A DNA stretch of 61,364 nt, filler included. It is 6 parts of 6 records of this genome, joined end to end, with 100 filler letters (N's around TTAATTAATTAA, not from the genome) between each part and the next. Parts side by side here need not be neighbours in the genome. Positions count along the whole stretch, not along the records: positions 14,811 to 31,930 come from DRR723986_9958; positions 32,031 to 38,597 come from DRR723986_9964; positions 38,698 to 44,061 come from DRR723986_9973; 3 more parts are not named here. One strand, written 5' to 3'. The notes under the pieces were generated by a model. It did not search any database. It saw only the letters and a program-made list of their open reading frames with translations, and was not told the origin of the DNA. Below are positions 29,771-40,620 of this stretch, piece by piece; position 1 is the first letter of the stretch, and each line of letters opens with the position of its first letter. The position numbers were made by a program, and so were the translations under genes.

Positions 29771-30472
29771 TCAGCGCACACGCGCGGCTGCTACAATCGC
29801 GCCATGATTGATCTGTTGAACCAAGACCACAGCGGGTTCATCTCTAATTGCCGGCGTTGTCAGGGTGTAGTGTCCCTGCCCGTCCCAAGTACCAACCTGA
29901 GTCCACGCTTCGACAACGTTGGCATAGTCCAGCGTTTCTCCGGCCAATTCCCCTCGTTTGATGAAAACGCGGCGGGATGGTGTGTAACTCACTAAGAACA
30001 CATCGTATTCCCCGGACAGAGCCTTCCCCGTCGTATTAACTGAGATCTCCACCTGCCCTTCGGACCGAGTGGCCACCGCCTTGGCGGCAGGTACTGCCGC
30101 CCGGTGCTTGCCAATATGATCCATCAATTCCATCCCCCGCGCGCCAACAACATCCTCTTGCCCGTTGATGATCATCTGAGGGGTATAGATCATGCTGCGC
30201 CCGCCAACCTGCGCAAACCCTTGCTGTCGAAGAGTATGCGCCGGATCCGCGAATTCATCCTTCCAGCCGATATAATCCCAGTAATTCACATGAAGCGCCA
30301 ACCCGATGACATCATCCTGTTCCGCCAATTTGTGCATTAACGCATCTGCGGGTGGGCAGGATGAACATCCCTGCGAGGTATAAAGCTCTACCACCACTGG
30401 ATTGCTTTCTTCCCCAATGGCCACAGATGTCGAAATCCACAGAAAGGCGAGCGGGGCGAGGAAGAATTTCAT
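29771..30472 (-). CDS. DUF1223 secreted thioredoxin-like protein
   Basis: VVVELYTSQGCSSCPPAD, HVNYWDYIGWKD, YTPQ. Confidence 0.95.
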   Translation of the reverse strand: MKFFLAPLAFLWISTSVAIGEESNPVVVELYTSQGCSSCPPADALMHKLAEQDDVIGLALHVNYWDYIGWKDEFADPAHTLRQQGFAQVGGRSMIYTPQMIINGQEDVVGARGMELMDHIGKHRAAVPAAKAVATRSEGQVEISVNTTGKALSGEYDVFLVSYTPSRRVFIKRGELAGETLDYANVVEAWTQVGTWDGQGHYTLTTPAIRDEPAVVLVQQINHGAIVAAARVR

Positions 30473-30684
30473 GACAAGGCTTTCGTTTGGGGTTTCTTAG
30501 GGTTTACCTCTTGCTCACCTAACTTGGCCAATCAACGTTTCTTGAGCCACGGGTGATCTTGGTCTCAACAATCCCACAGATGACCCACCGGCCCCCTGTT
30601 TGACCCTTGAAACATGGCACCGCGTGAGGCAACATTTTGTAAGCAAATCCCCATTTTCACAACTTTCCAGAGGAAGGCCATTAA

Positions 30685-31930
30685 ATGCCCATCACCGTCG
30701 GACTGGATACAGCCAAGACGCGCAAGGAATTGAACGTCAACAGCAAGACCATTTCCTATTTCTCAATCCCCGCCGCGACCGAGGCGGGCTTGGGCGATTT
30801 TTCAGCCCTTCCGGCCGCGCTCAAGGTTGTTCTGGAAAATATGCTCCGCTTCGAAGACGGCGGTTTTTCAGTCTCTGTTGAAGACATCAAAGCCTTTGCT
30901 GAATGGGGTGCCAATGGCGGCAAGAACCCACGCGAAATCGCCTATCGCCCGGCCCGTGTGCTGATGCAGGATTTCACCGGCGTCCCTGCAGTAGTGGATC
31001 TTGCCGCGATGCGAGACGGCATCGTCAGCCTGAAAGGCAGTGCCGCGAAAATCAACCCACTGGTTCCTGTTGATCTGGTCATCGACCACTCGGTCATGAT
31101 CGATGAATTCGGCAACGCACGTGCATTCCAGATGAATGTGGATCGCGAATATGAACGCAATATGGAACGCTATCAGTTTCTGAAATGGGGTCAAAGCGCC
31201 TTTAACAATTTCCGCGTTGTACCCCCTGGGACCGGCATTTGCCATCAGGTGAACGTTGAATATCTGGCCCAAGCCGTTTGGACTGACACGGATCAAAACG
31301 GCGTTGAAGTCGCCTATCCTGATACCTTGGTTGGCACTGACAGTCATACCACAATGGTGAACGGCATGGCTGTTCTCGGTTGGGGTGTCGGCGGCATCGA
31401 GGCGGAGGCCGCCATGCTGGGTCAACCGATTTCAATGCTGATCCCTGAAGTTGTCGGGTTCAAGCTGACCGGCACGATGGTCGAAGGCACCACCGGAACT
31501 GATCTTGTTCTAAAAGTCGTGGAAATGCTGCGCGAAAAAGGCGTTGTTGGAAAGTTCGTCGAATTCTATGGCGACGGGCTGGACCGCCTGCCGCTTGCGG
31601 ACCGCGCCACGATTGCCAACATGGCCCCAGAATACGGCGCAACCTGCGGCTTTTTCCCGATCGACAATGAAACCATCCGTTACATGCGCAACACCGGCCG
31701 GGAGGAAGACCGCCTGGCCCTGATCGAAGCCTATGCCAAAGAAAACGGGTTCTGGCGCGGGGATGATTATGCCCCGGTCTATACCGACACGATGGAGCTG
31801 GACATGGGCACGATCGTGCCCGCGATCTCTGGCCCCAAACGGCCGCAAGATTACGTCGCCCTTACGGATGCCAAATCGGCCTTCCGCACTGAGATGGAAC
31901 AGACCTTCAAGCGCCCCATGGGCAAAGAGG
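30685..31930 (+). CDS. acnA: aconitate hydratase A, N-terminal part (truncated at contig end)
   Basis: [37 protein letters not shown]. Confidence 0.98.
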
Positions 31931-32030
31931 NNNNNNNNNNNNNNNNNNNNNNNNNNNNNNNNNNNNNNNNNNNNTTAATTAATTAANNNNNNNNNNNNNN
32001 NNNNNNNNNNNNNNNNNNNNNNNNNNNNNN
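31931..32030. other. artificial contig linker
   Basis: N44-TTAATTAATTAA-N44. Confidence 0.99.
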
Positions 32031-32444
32031 GGGCTTGGTCACGACGCCGACGGTCAGCACACCCAGTTCACGGGCGGCCTGCGCGATGATCGGGGCCGCG
32101 CCAGTGCCGGTGCCGCCGCCCATCCCGGCGGTGATAAAGCACATATGCGCGCCGACCAGGTGGTCAACGATGGTCTCGATGCTTTCCTCGGCCGCCGAAG
32201 CGCCGACCGCAGGGCGTGCGCCCGCACCCAAACCTTCCGTCACTTTCGCGCCCATCTGGATGCGAGAGGAGGATTTGGAATGCTGCAATGCTTGTGCATC
32301 GGTGTTGGCGACCACGAATTCGCAGCCATCCAGCGATTTGTCGATCATGTTGTTGACGGCATTGCCGCCTGCCCCGCCAACGCCAAACACGGTGATGCGC
32401 GGCTTCAGGTCCGGTTGATCCGGCATGGTCAAATTCAGGGTCAT
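32031..32444 (-). CDS. ftsZ: cell division protein FtsZ, N-terminal part
   Basis: [22 protein letters not shown] tubulin signature. Confidence 0.98.
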
Positions 32445-32696
32445 TTGAAAGTCCGCCTGTGGTTCTTGTTTGGTGGCCCCGATCTTGTGCCGGATAGCCT
32501 GTTTCTGCCTTGTTTGGGATGAATCCTAACGCGTTCGCTGCGGGGCGTCACGTAAAAACTGGCCTAATGGTGCGAAATATGGGGCAAAATCGGGGCTGGT
32601 TGGCGGGATTTTGCCCGTCCCCCCCGTATCTAGCGTCAGAAATCCGGCCCCACACCAATGGTGCAGGGTCGCAACGTCCGGTCAAGCGTCCGCGGG

Positions 32697-34031
32697 TCAC
32701 CAGTTGTCGCGGAACCATTTCACCGCACGGCGCAGAGACCGGGCGGGATATCTGTCGGCGGGAACCTCGAAATCCCACCATTCATCCTGTGGATAAGCCG
32801 CGAACAGCGCGAGGCCCACACAGGCCGAAAACGCAGGCCCGCAGGCCGATTGCGGCAGGCCCTGCACCCTCAGCGGGCGGCCAAGGCGCACCTGATTGCC
32901 AAGGATACGGCTGGCAAGCTGGTCCAGTCCGGGGATCTGGCTGCCGCCACCGGTCAGGACGATCCGTTGCGAGGGCAGATGGTCAAAGCCCGCGTCCTCC
33001 AGTATGGCGCGCACTTCTTCCAGAATCTCTTCGACCCGAGGACGCATAACGCCAATCAGCTCGGCCCGGCTGATCGACCGGCGGTCATGTTCCCAATCGC
33101 CGGTATCGGCCTCCAGCTCGATCCGTTCGCGGTCATCCATGCCGGTCGCAACCAGCCCGCCGAACCGGGTCTTGATCCGTTCGGCGTCGCCCGCGGGGAT
33201 CTGGAGCCCCTGGCTGATATCGCTGGTGACGTGATCGCCACCCATGCGCACGGTATCGGCGTAGATCATGTGTTTCTTGATGAAGATCGACACGCCCGTT
33301 GTGCCGCCCCCCAGATCGACGCAGGCCGCGCCAAGTTCCTGTTCGTCTTCCACAAGGCTGGACACGCCCGCCACATAGGGCGATGACGCCACGCCCGCCA
33401 GTTCCAGGTCACAGCGTTTGACGCAATGCAACAGCGTCTCGATCGCATGGGCCTCGATGGTCAGCATATGCATATCCGCCGACAACCGGTTGCCCACATG
33501 ACCGCGCGGGTCTTTCAGGCCACTGCGGTGGTCGAGCGCGAAATTGACTGGCTGCGCATGCAGCACCTCGCGGCCTTCGCCGATATCGGGCAGGTCGCAG
33601 GCGGCCAGGGCGCGGGCGACGTCGCATTCACTGACAGTACCGGTCTGAAGGCTCGTTTCCCCCACCAGCCCGTAAGACCGGGGCCGTGCCCCGGAAAAGC
33701 TGACAATCACATGATCGACGCGCATATTGGCCATTTTCTGCGCCGCCTGAACGGCGGTGCGAATGGCACGCTCGGTTTCCTGAACGGTGTCGATCTCGCC
33801 GAACTTGACCCCACGCGACCGGGTGGTTGCCGCACCGATCACGCGGAAATTCGACTGCCCCGCCATGGCGCCCACTTCTTCCGAGGGGCGCAGGTCGTCT
33901 GAACTGTCGAAGCGCAACACAAGGCACGAGGTCTTGTAGCTGCCAATGTCGAGAATGGCGATCACGCCCCGGCGCATCGCTTCCTGTCGCTTGGCGCGCA
34001 TGGCCCGCTGCGATTGATACAGCATACTCAT
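32697..34031 (-). CDS. ftsA: cell division protein FtsA
   Basis: LDIGSYKT, VDLGGGTT, VLTGGGSQ, C-terminal amphipathic WFRDNW. Confidence 0.97.
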   Translation of the reverse strand: MSMLYQSQRAMRAKRQEAMRRGVIAILDIGSYKTSCLVLRFDSSDDLRPSEEVGAMAGQSNFRVIGAATTRSRGVKFGEIDTVQETERAIRTAVQAAQKMANMRVDHVIVSFSGARPRSYGLVGETSLQTGTVSECDVARALAACDLPDIGEGREVLHAQPVNFALDHRSGLKDPRGHVGNRLSADMHMLTIEAHAIETLLHCVKRCDLELAGVASSPYVAGVSSLVEDEQELGAACVDLGGGTTGVSIFIKKHMIYADTVRMGGDHVTSDISQGLQIPAGDAERIKTRFGGLVATGMDDRERIELEADTGDWEHDRRSISRAELIGVMRPRVEEILEEVRAILEDAGFDHLPSQRIVLTGGGSQIPGLDQLASRILGNQVRLGRPLRVQGLPQSACGPAFSACVGLALFAAYPQDEWWDFEVPADRYPARSLRRAVKWFRDNW

Positions 34032-34921
34032 CCGTTCCGCTCTCCCGTGATATCCGTCGCCCGCATCCGGCGCAGCTCCGCCATTGCCTGCGGGGTCAGT
34101 TGCAACACTGTCCGGGTGCCATCGCGCATATCCACACGCACCACGTCCCTATCCAGCAGCTCCTGCGCGTCATGCAGGGCCAAGATCTCTTCCAGCGCGC
34201 GCAGCGGCTGTTCGGCGGGCAGCAGAATGCGCGGACCCTCGGTCAGCACCACGTCCCACCGGCGTTCGCCGATGCGCACCAGACCACGCAACCGATCCCC
34301 CAAGGGGCGGGCCGCGACGAACAGAGCCATCGCCTCTTCTGCCGCGTCATTCGCTCCGTCGCCGGAAATGATCGGCAGATCCGCCAGCTGCGGGCGCGCC
34401 AGCAGCGGGGCGACCCGTTCGCCCCCGGCATCCACGACCCACAGACCCTCGCGCGCCTGCCAGACCATGGCGGGGCGCCGCTCGGTCACGATCACGGCCA
34501 GTTCGCCGCCAGACCGGACCCGCAGTTCCGCCACGTCCACGGCGCGGATTTCCTCGACCCGTTCGCGCAGGCGCGGCAGGTCGAGATCGAAGGACGATGT
34601 GGGGAAGTCCAGCGCCAGGGTCGCGCGGATTTCCTCGGCCAGAACCGGGGTCGCGCCCTCGATCGCCATAAGGGTGACGCGAAACTCTGGCCGGTCCTGC
34701 ACAGAGCGGCGAATCTCGGCGACATTGTCCTGCAATTGCTGGATATTCGACGGGTCGGACGCATAGAGCCCGATCGACCCGGCAATCAGGAAGGAGGGGA
34801 TACCGACCCGAAGAACCGACCGAAACAGCGGCGTCAGCCACAACCGTTGCGCCCGGTAGGACCAACGCGACGGCGCGGGGTCTTTGTGAACGTCGCCCCG
34901 GCGGCGGATTATCTGTCGCAT
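34028..34921 (-). CDS. ftsQ: cell division protein FtsQ/DivIB
   Basis: DPAPSRWSYR-QRLWLTP, TM helix, ERRPAMVW, RRWDV, VDMR. Confidence 0.93.
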   Translation of the reverse strand: MRQIIRRRGDVHKDPAPSRWSYRAQRLWLTPLFRSVLRVGIPSFLIAGSIGLYASDPSNIQQLQDNVAEIRRSVQDRPEFRVTLMAIEGATPVLAEEIRATLALDFPTSSFDLDLPRLRERVEEIRAVDVAELRVRSGGELAVIVTERRPAMVWQAREGLWVVDAGGERVAPLLARPQLADLPIISGDGANDAAEEAMALFVAARPLGDRLRGLVRIGERRWDVVLTEGPRILLPAEQPLRALEEILALHDAQELLDRDVVRVDMRDGTRTVLQLTPQAMAELRRMRATDITGERNG

Positions 34922-35847
34922 GACGCATCCTCCACCATCCAGGCGCACATCTGGCCGAAGCTGATGCCGCAATGTTCACCCTGTTCTGGGCTCAGCGATG
35001 TGGGCGTCATGCCGGGCTGCGTATTCACCTCCAGCATGATCAGCCCATCCAGCCCACGCGTGTCATCCCACCGGAAATCGGCACGGCTGACACCCTTGCA
35101 GCCAAGCGCCTTGTGGGCGATCAGGGCCATCTCCATGCAGGCATCGAACACGTCCTGCGGCACATCGGCGGGCATTTCGTGGCGCGATCCGCCGACGGAG
35201 TACTTGGCGTGGTAGTCATACCAGCCATCGGTAAAGATCTCGGTCACTGTCAGGGGCTTGTCGCCCATCACCGTCACGGTAAGTTCCCGCCCCGGAGCAT
35301 AGGTTTCGACCATCAGCATCTCAGGCATATCCTCGGACAGCGCCGGCGGGCCGTTTGCCGCCTCCTGCACGATATAGACGCCGACGGAGGAGCCCTCGTT
35401 GTTGGGCTTCACCACATAGGGCGGCGCCATCACATGGGCGGCCATGATCTCTGATTTCGGCGCAATGATGCTTTCCATCACCGGGATACCGGCGGCGCGG
35501 AACGTATCCTTGGATCGCTGCTTGTCCATCGCAAGGGCCGAGGCCAGAACGCCCGAATGGGTATAGGGCAGCCGCATCCATTCCAGCATACCCTGCACGC
35601 AGCCATCCTCGCCCCACCGACCATGGAGCGCGTTGAAGACAATGTCTGGTTTGATCTCGGCAAGCTGCGCGGCCAGATCAAGGCCCGCATCGACCTCGAT
35701 CACCGTGAATCCCTCGTCCCTCAGCGCGGTCACGCATTCCTTACCGGATGACAGGCTGACCTCGCGCTCTGCTGAGAGCCCGCCCATCAAAACCGCAACT
35801 GTGGGGGATGTTCTGCCCGAACGTACCGCCACCTGTGCCTCATTCAT
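34909..35847 (-). CDS. ddl: D-alanine--D-alanine ligase
   Basis: GGLSAEREVSLSSG, LHGRWGEDG, EGSSVG, LEVNTQPG. Confidence 0.97.
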   Translation of the reverse strand: MNEAQVAVRSGRTSPTVAVLMGGLSAEREVSLSSGKECVTALRDEGFTVIEVDAGLDLAAQLAEIKPDIVFNALHGRWGEDGCVQGMLEWMRLPYTHSGVLASALAMDKQRSKDTFRAAGIPVMESIIAPKSEIMAAHVMAPPYVVKPNNEGSSVGVYIVQEAANGPPALSEDMPEMLMVETYAPGRELTVTVMGDKPLTVTEIFTDGWYDYHAKYSVGGSRHEMPADVPQDVFDACMEMALIAHKALGCKGVSRADFRWDDTRGLDGLIMLEVNTQPGMTPTSLSPEQGEHCGISFGQMCAWMVEDASCDR

Positions 35848-35910
35848 GCCGCAGGCTTTTGTGCCCGTCTGGCTTATCGTTATTGTCGCCGGTCGCCCGG
35901 CAAATGCCGG

Positions 35911-36852
35911 TTAGTCCGGCTTGTCATCCGCCGCCGGTTCACCGACGCGCATGATTTCCCATACTAGCTCTATTCCGCTGTTTTGGAAAACCCTTTTTCG
36001 GACCTCCTCGCCAAGGGACTCCAGGTCATCGGCCGTTGCCCCCCCGGCATTGAGCAGAAAGTTGCTGTGTTTCTCTGACATCTGCGCGCCGCCCCGCCGG
36101 GCCCCGCGCATCCCGGCCTCGTCAATCACCTTCCACGCCTTCAGGTCATGGACGTCATCGGCACGGCCCGTACTGGAAAACCCCGCCGGGTTGCGGAAGG
36201 TGCTGCCGGCGCTGCGGTCCTTGGTGGGTTGCGTCGCATCGCGCTTGGCCAGTTGCTCGGCCATCCGGGCCTCCAGCGCCTCCGGGTCACCGGGGCCCGC
36301 GCGAAAGGTGACCGAGGTGATCACCGCGCCTTCAGGCAAGTCAGTCTGGCGGTACTCGAAGCGGATATCGTCCGGTGTCAGCGTCACGAGCGTGCCATCG
36401 CGCAACACTGCCTCGGCTGACAGGAAATGATCGGCCACATAACTGCCATAGCAGCCCGCATTCATCCGAAGCGCCCCACCAATGCTGCCCGGAATGGTCC
36501 GCAAGAATGTCAGGTCCAGCCCCGCCGCCGCCGCCTTGCGCGCCACATGTGCGTCAAGCGCCGCAGCGCCCGCCGTCACCGTTCCCGTGCCGGTTTCGAT
36601 CCCGTTAAAGCCCCGTCCAAGCCGGATCACAACCGCCCGCAACCCGCCATCCCGCACGATCAGGTTCGACCCCACGCCCATGGGGAAGACCGGAACAGAC
36701 GGGTCCAGTGCCGTCAGAAAATCGCTCAGATCCTCGACATCGGCGGGCTGAAACAATGCATCCGCAGGCCCGCCAACGCGCAGCCATGTCAGGTCCGCCA
36801 AGGGCCGATCAAGGGTCAGGGTGCCGCGCACCGCGGGCAGGGTCAGGGTCAT
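35911..36852 (-). CDS. murB: UDP-N-acetylenolpyruvoylglucosamine reductase
   Basis: [37 protein letters not shown]. Confidence 0.97.
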   Translation of the reverse strand: MTLTLPAVRGTLTLDRPLADLTWLRVGGPADALFQPADVEDLSDFLTALDPSVPVFPMGVGSNLIVRDGGLRAVVIRLGRGFNGIETGTGTVTAGAAALDAHVARKAAAAGLDLTFLRTIPGSIGGALRMNAGCYGSYVADHFLSAEAVLRDGTLVTLTPDDIRFEYRQTDLPEGAVITSVTFRAGPGDPEALEARMAEQLAKRDATQPTKDRSAGSTFRNPAGFSSTGRADDVHDLKAWKVIDEAGMRGARRGGAQMSEKHSNFLLNAGGATADDLESLGEEVRKRVFQNSGIELVWEIMRVGEPAADDKPD

Positions 36853-36855
36853 CGG

Positions 36856-37158
36856 TCACTCCGCAACGCTTCGCGCCTTGTGCCGCAATCCGAGCCAGCC
36901 GCCAAGAACCGATGCCAGAAAAGTCGGCAGGATAAAGAAAAACGCCAGAAAGACTTCGGCCACGCCTTCGAACCCATTGCCCTCGCGCCAGCCCATCCGC
37001 AGCTCGATCGCGGGCCACAGCACCCAGACAAAGCTGATGATCATCGCCAGCCACAGCCCGCGCAGCAAGGCGCGCGACAGAAACCTGCCGATAAGCCAGG
37101 ACAGGCCCCCGCCAAGCAGCAGGCACACCACCAGCATGATCCAGATCGCAAATGGCAT
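36856..37158 (-). CDS. small 3-TM membrane protein (tandem paralog 3)
   Basis: Three hydrophobic helices; PTFLASVLGGWLGLR; start overlaps upstream stop. Confidence 0.75.
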   Translation of the reverse strand: MPFAIWIMLVVCLLLGGGLSWLIGRFLSRALLRGLWLAMIISFVWVLWPAIELRMGWREGNGFEGVAEVFLAFFFILPTFLASVLGGWLGLRHKARSVAE

Positions 37159-37463
37159 CAGCCCTGTTCCCCCTGCACCCGAGCCCTGCGGCCAAGCCCG
37201 ATCCCGCCAAACAGGATCGCCCCTGCCAGGGCGGGCAACAACACACCCTGCCCCATGATCCGGTTGCCCTGCGTGTCATCGCCCAGAATTGCCGAGAGAT
37301 CCCATCCGATCATCGGAGGAACAAGCAGCACGACAATCGCCAGCCCCAAAAGCCCGCAAAACACCACCAGAAACACCCGCCCGAACGCACGGCCAAGGAT
37401 ATAGCCCGCAATGCCGCCAATGCCGAAATAGACCGCCATGACCAGGATGATGAACAGCAGCAT
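37158..37463 (-). CDS. small 3-TM membrane protein (tandem paralog 2)
   Basis: GYILGR...PALAGAILFGGIGLGRR. Confidence 0.75.
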   Translation of the reverse strand: MLLFIILVMAVYFGIGGIAGYILGRAFGRVFLVVFCGLLGLAIVVLLVPPMIGWDLSAILGDDTQGNRIMGQGVLLPALAGAILFGGIGLGRRARVQGEQG

Positions 37464-37469
37464 GACCCG

Positions 37470-37784
37470 TTATTCCTTCGAGCTCTCCTGGCCGGCGCTT
37501 CGAGACGCACGCCAAAGCCCGATGCCGCCAAACAGGATCGCCCCGATCAGTGCGGGCATCAGCACCAGCATACTGAACGCGAAATACCCCAAATGGTTGA
37601 GGCCTTCACGCGGGATGCCGATGGCCTCCAGCACGGCGCTGCTCAGCAGGCCTAGCGCGGGAAGGCCGATCAGCAGGCAAAAGCCGAACAGCCAGCCACC
37701 GCCCTTGAAGCGCCCAAGGGCAAAGCCGACCCCACCTCCGATGACCAGACCCAAGCCGATCGCAATCCAAGCTTCCGGATTCAT
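37470..37784 (-). CDS. small 3-TM membrane protein (tandem paralog 1)
   Basis: GFALGR...PALIGAILFGGIGLWR; SD GGGAG. Confidence 0.75.
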   Translation of the reverse strand: MNPEAWIAIGLGLVIGGGVGFALGRFKGGGWLFGFCLLIGLPALGLLSSAVLEAIGIPREGLNHLGYFAFSMLVLMPALIGAILFGGIGLWRASRSAGQESSKE

Positions 37785-37796
37785 CTGACTGCTCCC

Positions 37797-38048
37797 TTAA
37801 CCCTGTAAAAACCGGCGACGCAGCCAGCGTCCCGCATAAAACACCGGCCAGCGCAGAACCGACACGCCCGCCGCCAGCAGCGCCAGACCCCACCAGGGGC
37901 CGACTTGCATGGTAACATATCCCAGCAAGGGAATGCCCGTCGCGATCAAAACAATGGCCGCAGGCCAGTGAAAGCGGCTCGGGGCGAGCCCCAGAAGGCA
38001 GGCGATCACGCCCCAAAGACTCGCCAATGTCAGGGAAAGCGGCATCAC
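37797..38048 (-). CDS. DUF2484 family membrane protein
   Basis: SLTLA-LW...PSRFHWP-A-VLIATGIPLLG...SVLRWP. Confidence 0.85.
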   Translation of the reverse strand: MMPLSLTLASLWGVIACLLGLAPSRFHWPAAIVLIATGIPLLGYVTMQVGPWWGLALLAAGVSVLRWPVFYAGRWLRRRFLQG

Positions 38049-38299
38049 GTTCCTCCTGCTTTCAATCGCCCCAGCAAACGCCGCCCCAGAAACCAGAGCG
38101 GCCTGCGGAACATCGACACAAGCCCCCCAACGGCCAGCAACACCACCCAGAAAGAATGCTGAAAGCCGATAAAGACCAGCAAAGGAACCGCCAGCAGCAG
38201 CAGCGTCAGCCCCGGCGCATACTGCAACCGCATCGGCAAAAAGGCGACAATGGCCGCCGCCACGACCCAGATGCAGGCCAGCGTGAGTGAGATCGTCAT
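38045..38299 (-). CDS. DUF2484 family membrane protein
   Basis: SLTLACIWV...LPMRLQYAPG...SMFRRPL. Confidence 0.85.
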   Translation of the reverse strand: MTISLTLACIWVVAAAIVAFLPMRLQYAPGLTLLLLAVPLLVFIGFQHSFWVVLLAVGGLVSMFRRPLWFLGRRLLGRLKAGGT

Positions 38300-38338
38300 G
38301 TCAAACCCTCCTCTTTCCGCGGGCCAATTCGACCCCGA

Positions 38339-38597
38339 TCACGAGCCCTTCAACCGCGCAGGCAGCCCGTGGGCCCATGCGGAAATCGTGCCGGCCCCGA
38401 GGCAGACGACCATGTCACCGGGCTTCGCCTGTTCGCGAACCAGCCGTTCCAGATCATCCTCGTTCAAGATGGCGCGGGCGTGGCGGTGGCCGTGGGCGAC
38501 GAGGCCCGCGACCAGACCGTCTCGTGTCGCGCCCTCAATGGGGTCTTCGCCCGCCGCATAGACCTCGGCGATGGCGACCACGTCGGCCTCGTTGAAG
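38339..38597 (-). CDS. murC: UDP-N-acetylmuramate--L-alanine ligase, C-terminal part
   Basis: [30 protein letters not shown]; upstream of murB. Confidence 0.93.
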
Positions 38598-38697
38598 NNN
38601 NNNNNNNNNNNNNNNNNNNNNNNNNNNNNNNNNNNNNNNNNTTAATTAATTAANNNNNNNNNNNNNNNNNNNNNNNNNNNNNNNNNNNNNNNNNNNN
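38598..38697. other. artificial contig linker
   Basis: N44-TTAATTAATTAA-N44. Confidence 0.99.
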
Positions 38698-38976
38698 GCC
38701 GTGATAGGTGATCATCACGTTCCAAAGGTGGCCGTTCGGGGTACAGACATCACCGCTCGCGAACAAGCGGAAGCCTTCGAGGCACATGTATTGAACGCCG
38801 GGCTCCATGAGCTCCAGTCGCATGAAAACGGTCAGCGTTACCGAGATCAGACCGACCAGAGCCGAAACGACCAGGTACAGAATCCCGATATCTTTGTGGT
38901 TTGTCGACATGAACCACCGGGTAAAGAAACTCCGGTTGTCCTCATGCTCGTGACCATGAATGGCTGCGTCTGCCAT
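38698..38976 (-). CDS. ctaD: aa3 cytochrome c oxidase subunit I, N-terminal part
   Basis: MADAAIHGH...[18 protein letters not shown]...[11 protein letters not shown]. Confidence 0.97.
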
Positions 38977-39077
38977 TTGGTGCCTCCTGTTGCAAATGAA
39001 CGCGCTGACGGGATTCCCGACGCGCGTGGATTAAAGCTGGTTTTAGAATGCGGGGGGGCCGCCTTCAATGGCGGAGT

Positions 39078-39091
39078 TTGATCTGGATCAA
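39078..39091. promoter_or_regulatory. FNR/FnrL box upstream of ctaD
   Basis: Perfect TTGAT-CTGG-ATCAA about 100 nt upstream of the ctaD start. Confidence 0.85.
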
Positions 39092-39180
39092 GATTAATTG
39101 TCGCGGGGGCACGCTTGAGCACTGATATGGGGTCGTGCAGGGTGCATTTTCAAGATGATGTGCAACAAAAAGGACCCACA

Positions 39181-39933
39181 ATGTCGTTTGCTTATGTCAG
39201 CACCGCCGAGGCCCGACAGGATTCGGGACTAAGAATGATCGTGGTCGGGGGCGTACCCAGCCCATGGGGAGAGGCCGCAAAGGGATTGTTTCATGTCAAA
39301 AACCTGACTTGGTGCGCAACCCGCCTGGCCTATGATGACCCTGCACAAGCAAAGTGGGCGGGGGGGCAATCTGCCCCGGTGGTGTTTTGGCAGGACGAGG
39401 CACCCGTGACCGGTGCGTTGGAAATTCTGGATCTGTCGCAACGGATCGCCCCTGATGTGGATCTGGTACCCGAAACCGACTCGGCTGTCATTCGTGCGTT
39501 TGTGGCGCGCATGGCTGCACCCGATGGCTTGGGGTGGCAGCGCCGTTTGCAGCTGGTGCACTGTGGTTTGACCGGGGCCGAGGGATTTCACCCCAAAGTG
39601 TCGCAATATCTTGCTGCCAAATACGGATACTCCGCCGAGCGAGGGGAAGAGGCCGGTGCTTTGGTGCGGGAAATTTTGGGGGAAATGTCAGCGATCCTTG
39701 CGGATGGGCGACCCTACTATTTCGGGAACAGCCTAACTGCCGCTGATATTTACGCAGCGACGTTCTTGGCGCTGCTTCAGCCCTTGCCGGACGATCAATG
39801 CGCGATGAATCCCGCCACGCGCAGTGCCTTTGACACGCTGGATGACGCAACACGCGCCGCACTTGATCCGGTGCTTCTCTCTCATCGTGACCGCATTTAC
39901 GCCCAGGCTTTGGAAATGCCGTTGTCCCTGTGA
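39181..39933 (+). CDS. glutathione S-transferase-like protein
   Basis: VPSPWGEAAK, SAPV, YYFGNSLTAADIY. Confidence 0.8.
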   Translation: MSFAYVSTAEARQDSGLRMIVVGGVPSPWGEAAKGLFHVKNLTWCATRLAYDDPAQAKWAGGQSAPVVFWQDEAPVTGALEILDLSQRIAPDVDLVPETDSAVIRAFVARMAAPDGLGWQRRLQLVHCGLTGAEGFHPKVSQYLAAKYGYSAERGEEAGALVREILGEMSAILADGRPYYFGNSLTAADIYAATFLALLQPLPDDQCAMNPATRSAFDTLDDATRAALDPVLLSHRDRIYAQALEMPLSL

Positions 39934-40014
39934 TGCCCCAATTCTTGACGCTGGCGTATAGGACGCGCAAAACAATCAGGCCAAGACATATACTCCCTTC
40001 AAGAGGCTAATCCG

Positions 40015-40431
40015 ATGACCGCTTATGATACAGACAACATATTCGCCAAAATCCTGCGCGGAGAAATCCCGGCAACACGGGTCTATGAAGATGATGAAAC
40101 GCTCGCTTTCATGGATATTATGCCACGCGCAGATGGGCATTTGTTGGTGATTCCCAAAACACCCTGTCGCAACGTATTGGATGCAACGCCTGAACAGCTG
40201 TCCGCTGTGATGAAAACGGTTCAAAAGATGGGGCATGCTGTTAAATCGGCCTTTGCCGCAGACGGGGTCACCATTCAGCAGTTCAACGAAGCCGCTGGCG
40301 GACAAGAGGTGTTTCACCTTCATTTCCACGTTTTACCGCGTCACGAGGGTGTCAAGATGCGTGCGCCCGGAACTATGGGGGATTTCGACCTGATCGCTTC
40401 ACAAGCTGAGAAAATCCGCGCGTCTCTTTAA
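40015..40431 (+). CDS. HIT family nucleotide hydrolase
   Basis: NIFAKILRGEIP, GQEVFHLHFH histidine triad. Confidence 0.96.
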   Translation: MTAYDTDNIFAKILRGEIPATRVYEDDETLAFMDIMPRADGHLLVIPKTPCRNVLDATPEQLSAVMKTVQKMGHAVKSAFAADGVTIQQFNEAAGGQEVFHLHFHVLPRHEGVKMRAPGTMGDFDLIASQAEKIRASL

Positions 40432-40500
40432 GGGGCGGACTTTGTGCGATTAGGCCGGTCTTCGGGCTGATCTACGGGGAAAAAGCGAAGGATCTGCATG

Positions 40501-40620
40501 AAATTGCCGCCCTGTTGGGGACAGGGCGGCAGATAGGGATAAAATCCACAGGATATGGAAATATGCCTGTGGGGTCATTTTTGAAAACACCACTCACTCA
40601 CAGAACGGTAAGGGTATCAG
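40501..40620 (-). ncRNA. candidate structured small RNA divergent from the LuxR-hydrolase gene
   Basis: Minus strand: hairpin CCACAGG(C)ATAT/ATATCCTGTGG then terminator-like TGCCGCCCTGT-CCCCA-ACAGGGCGGCA-ATTT; 5' end is a guess. Confidence 0.35.
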
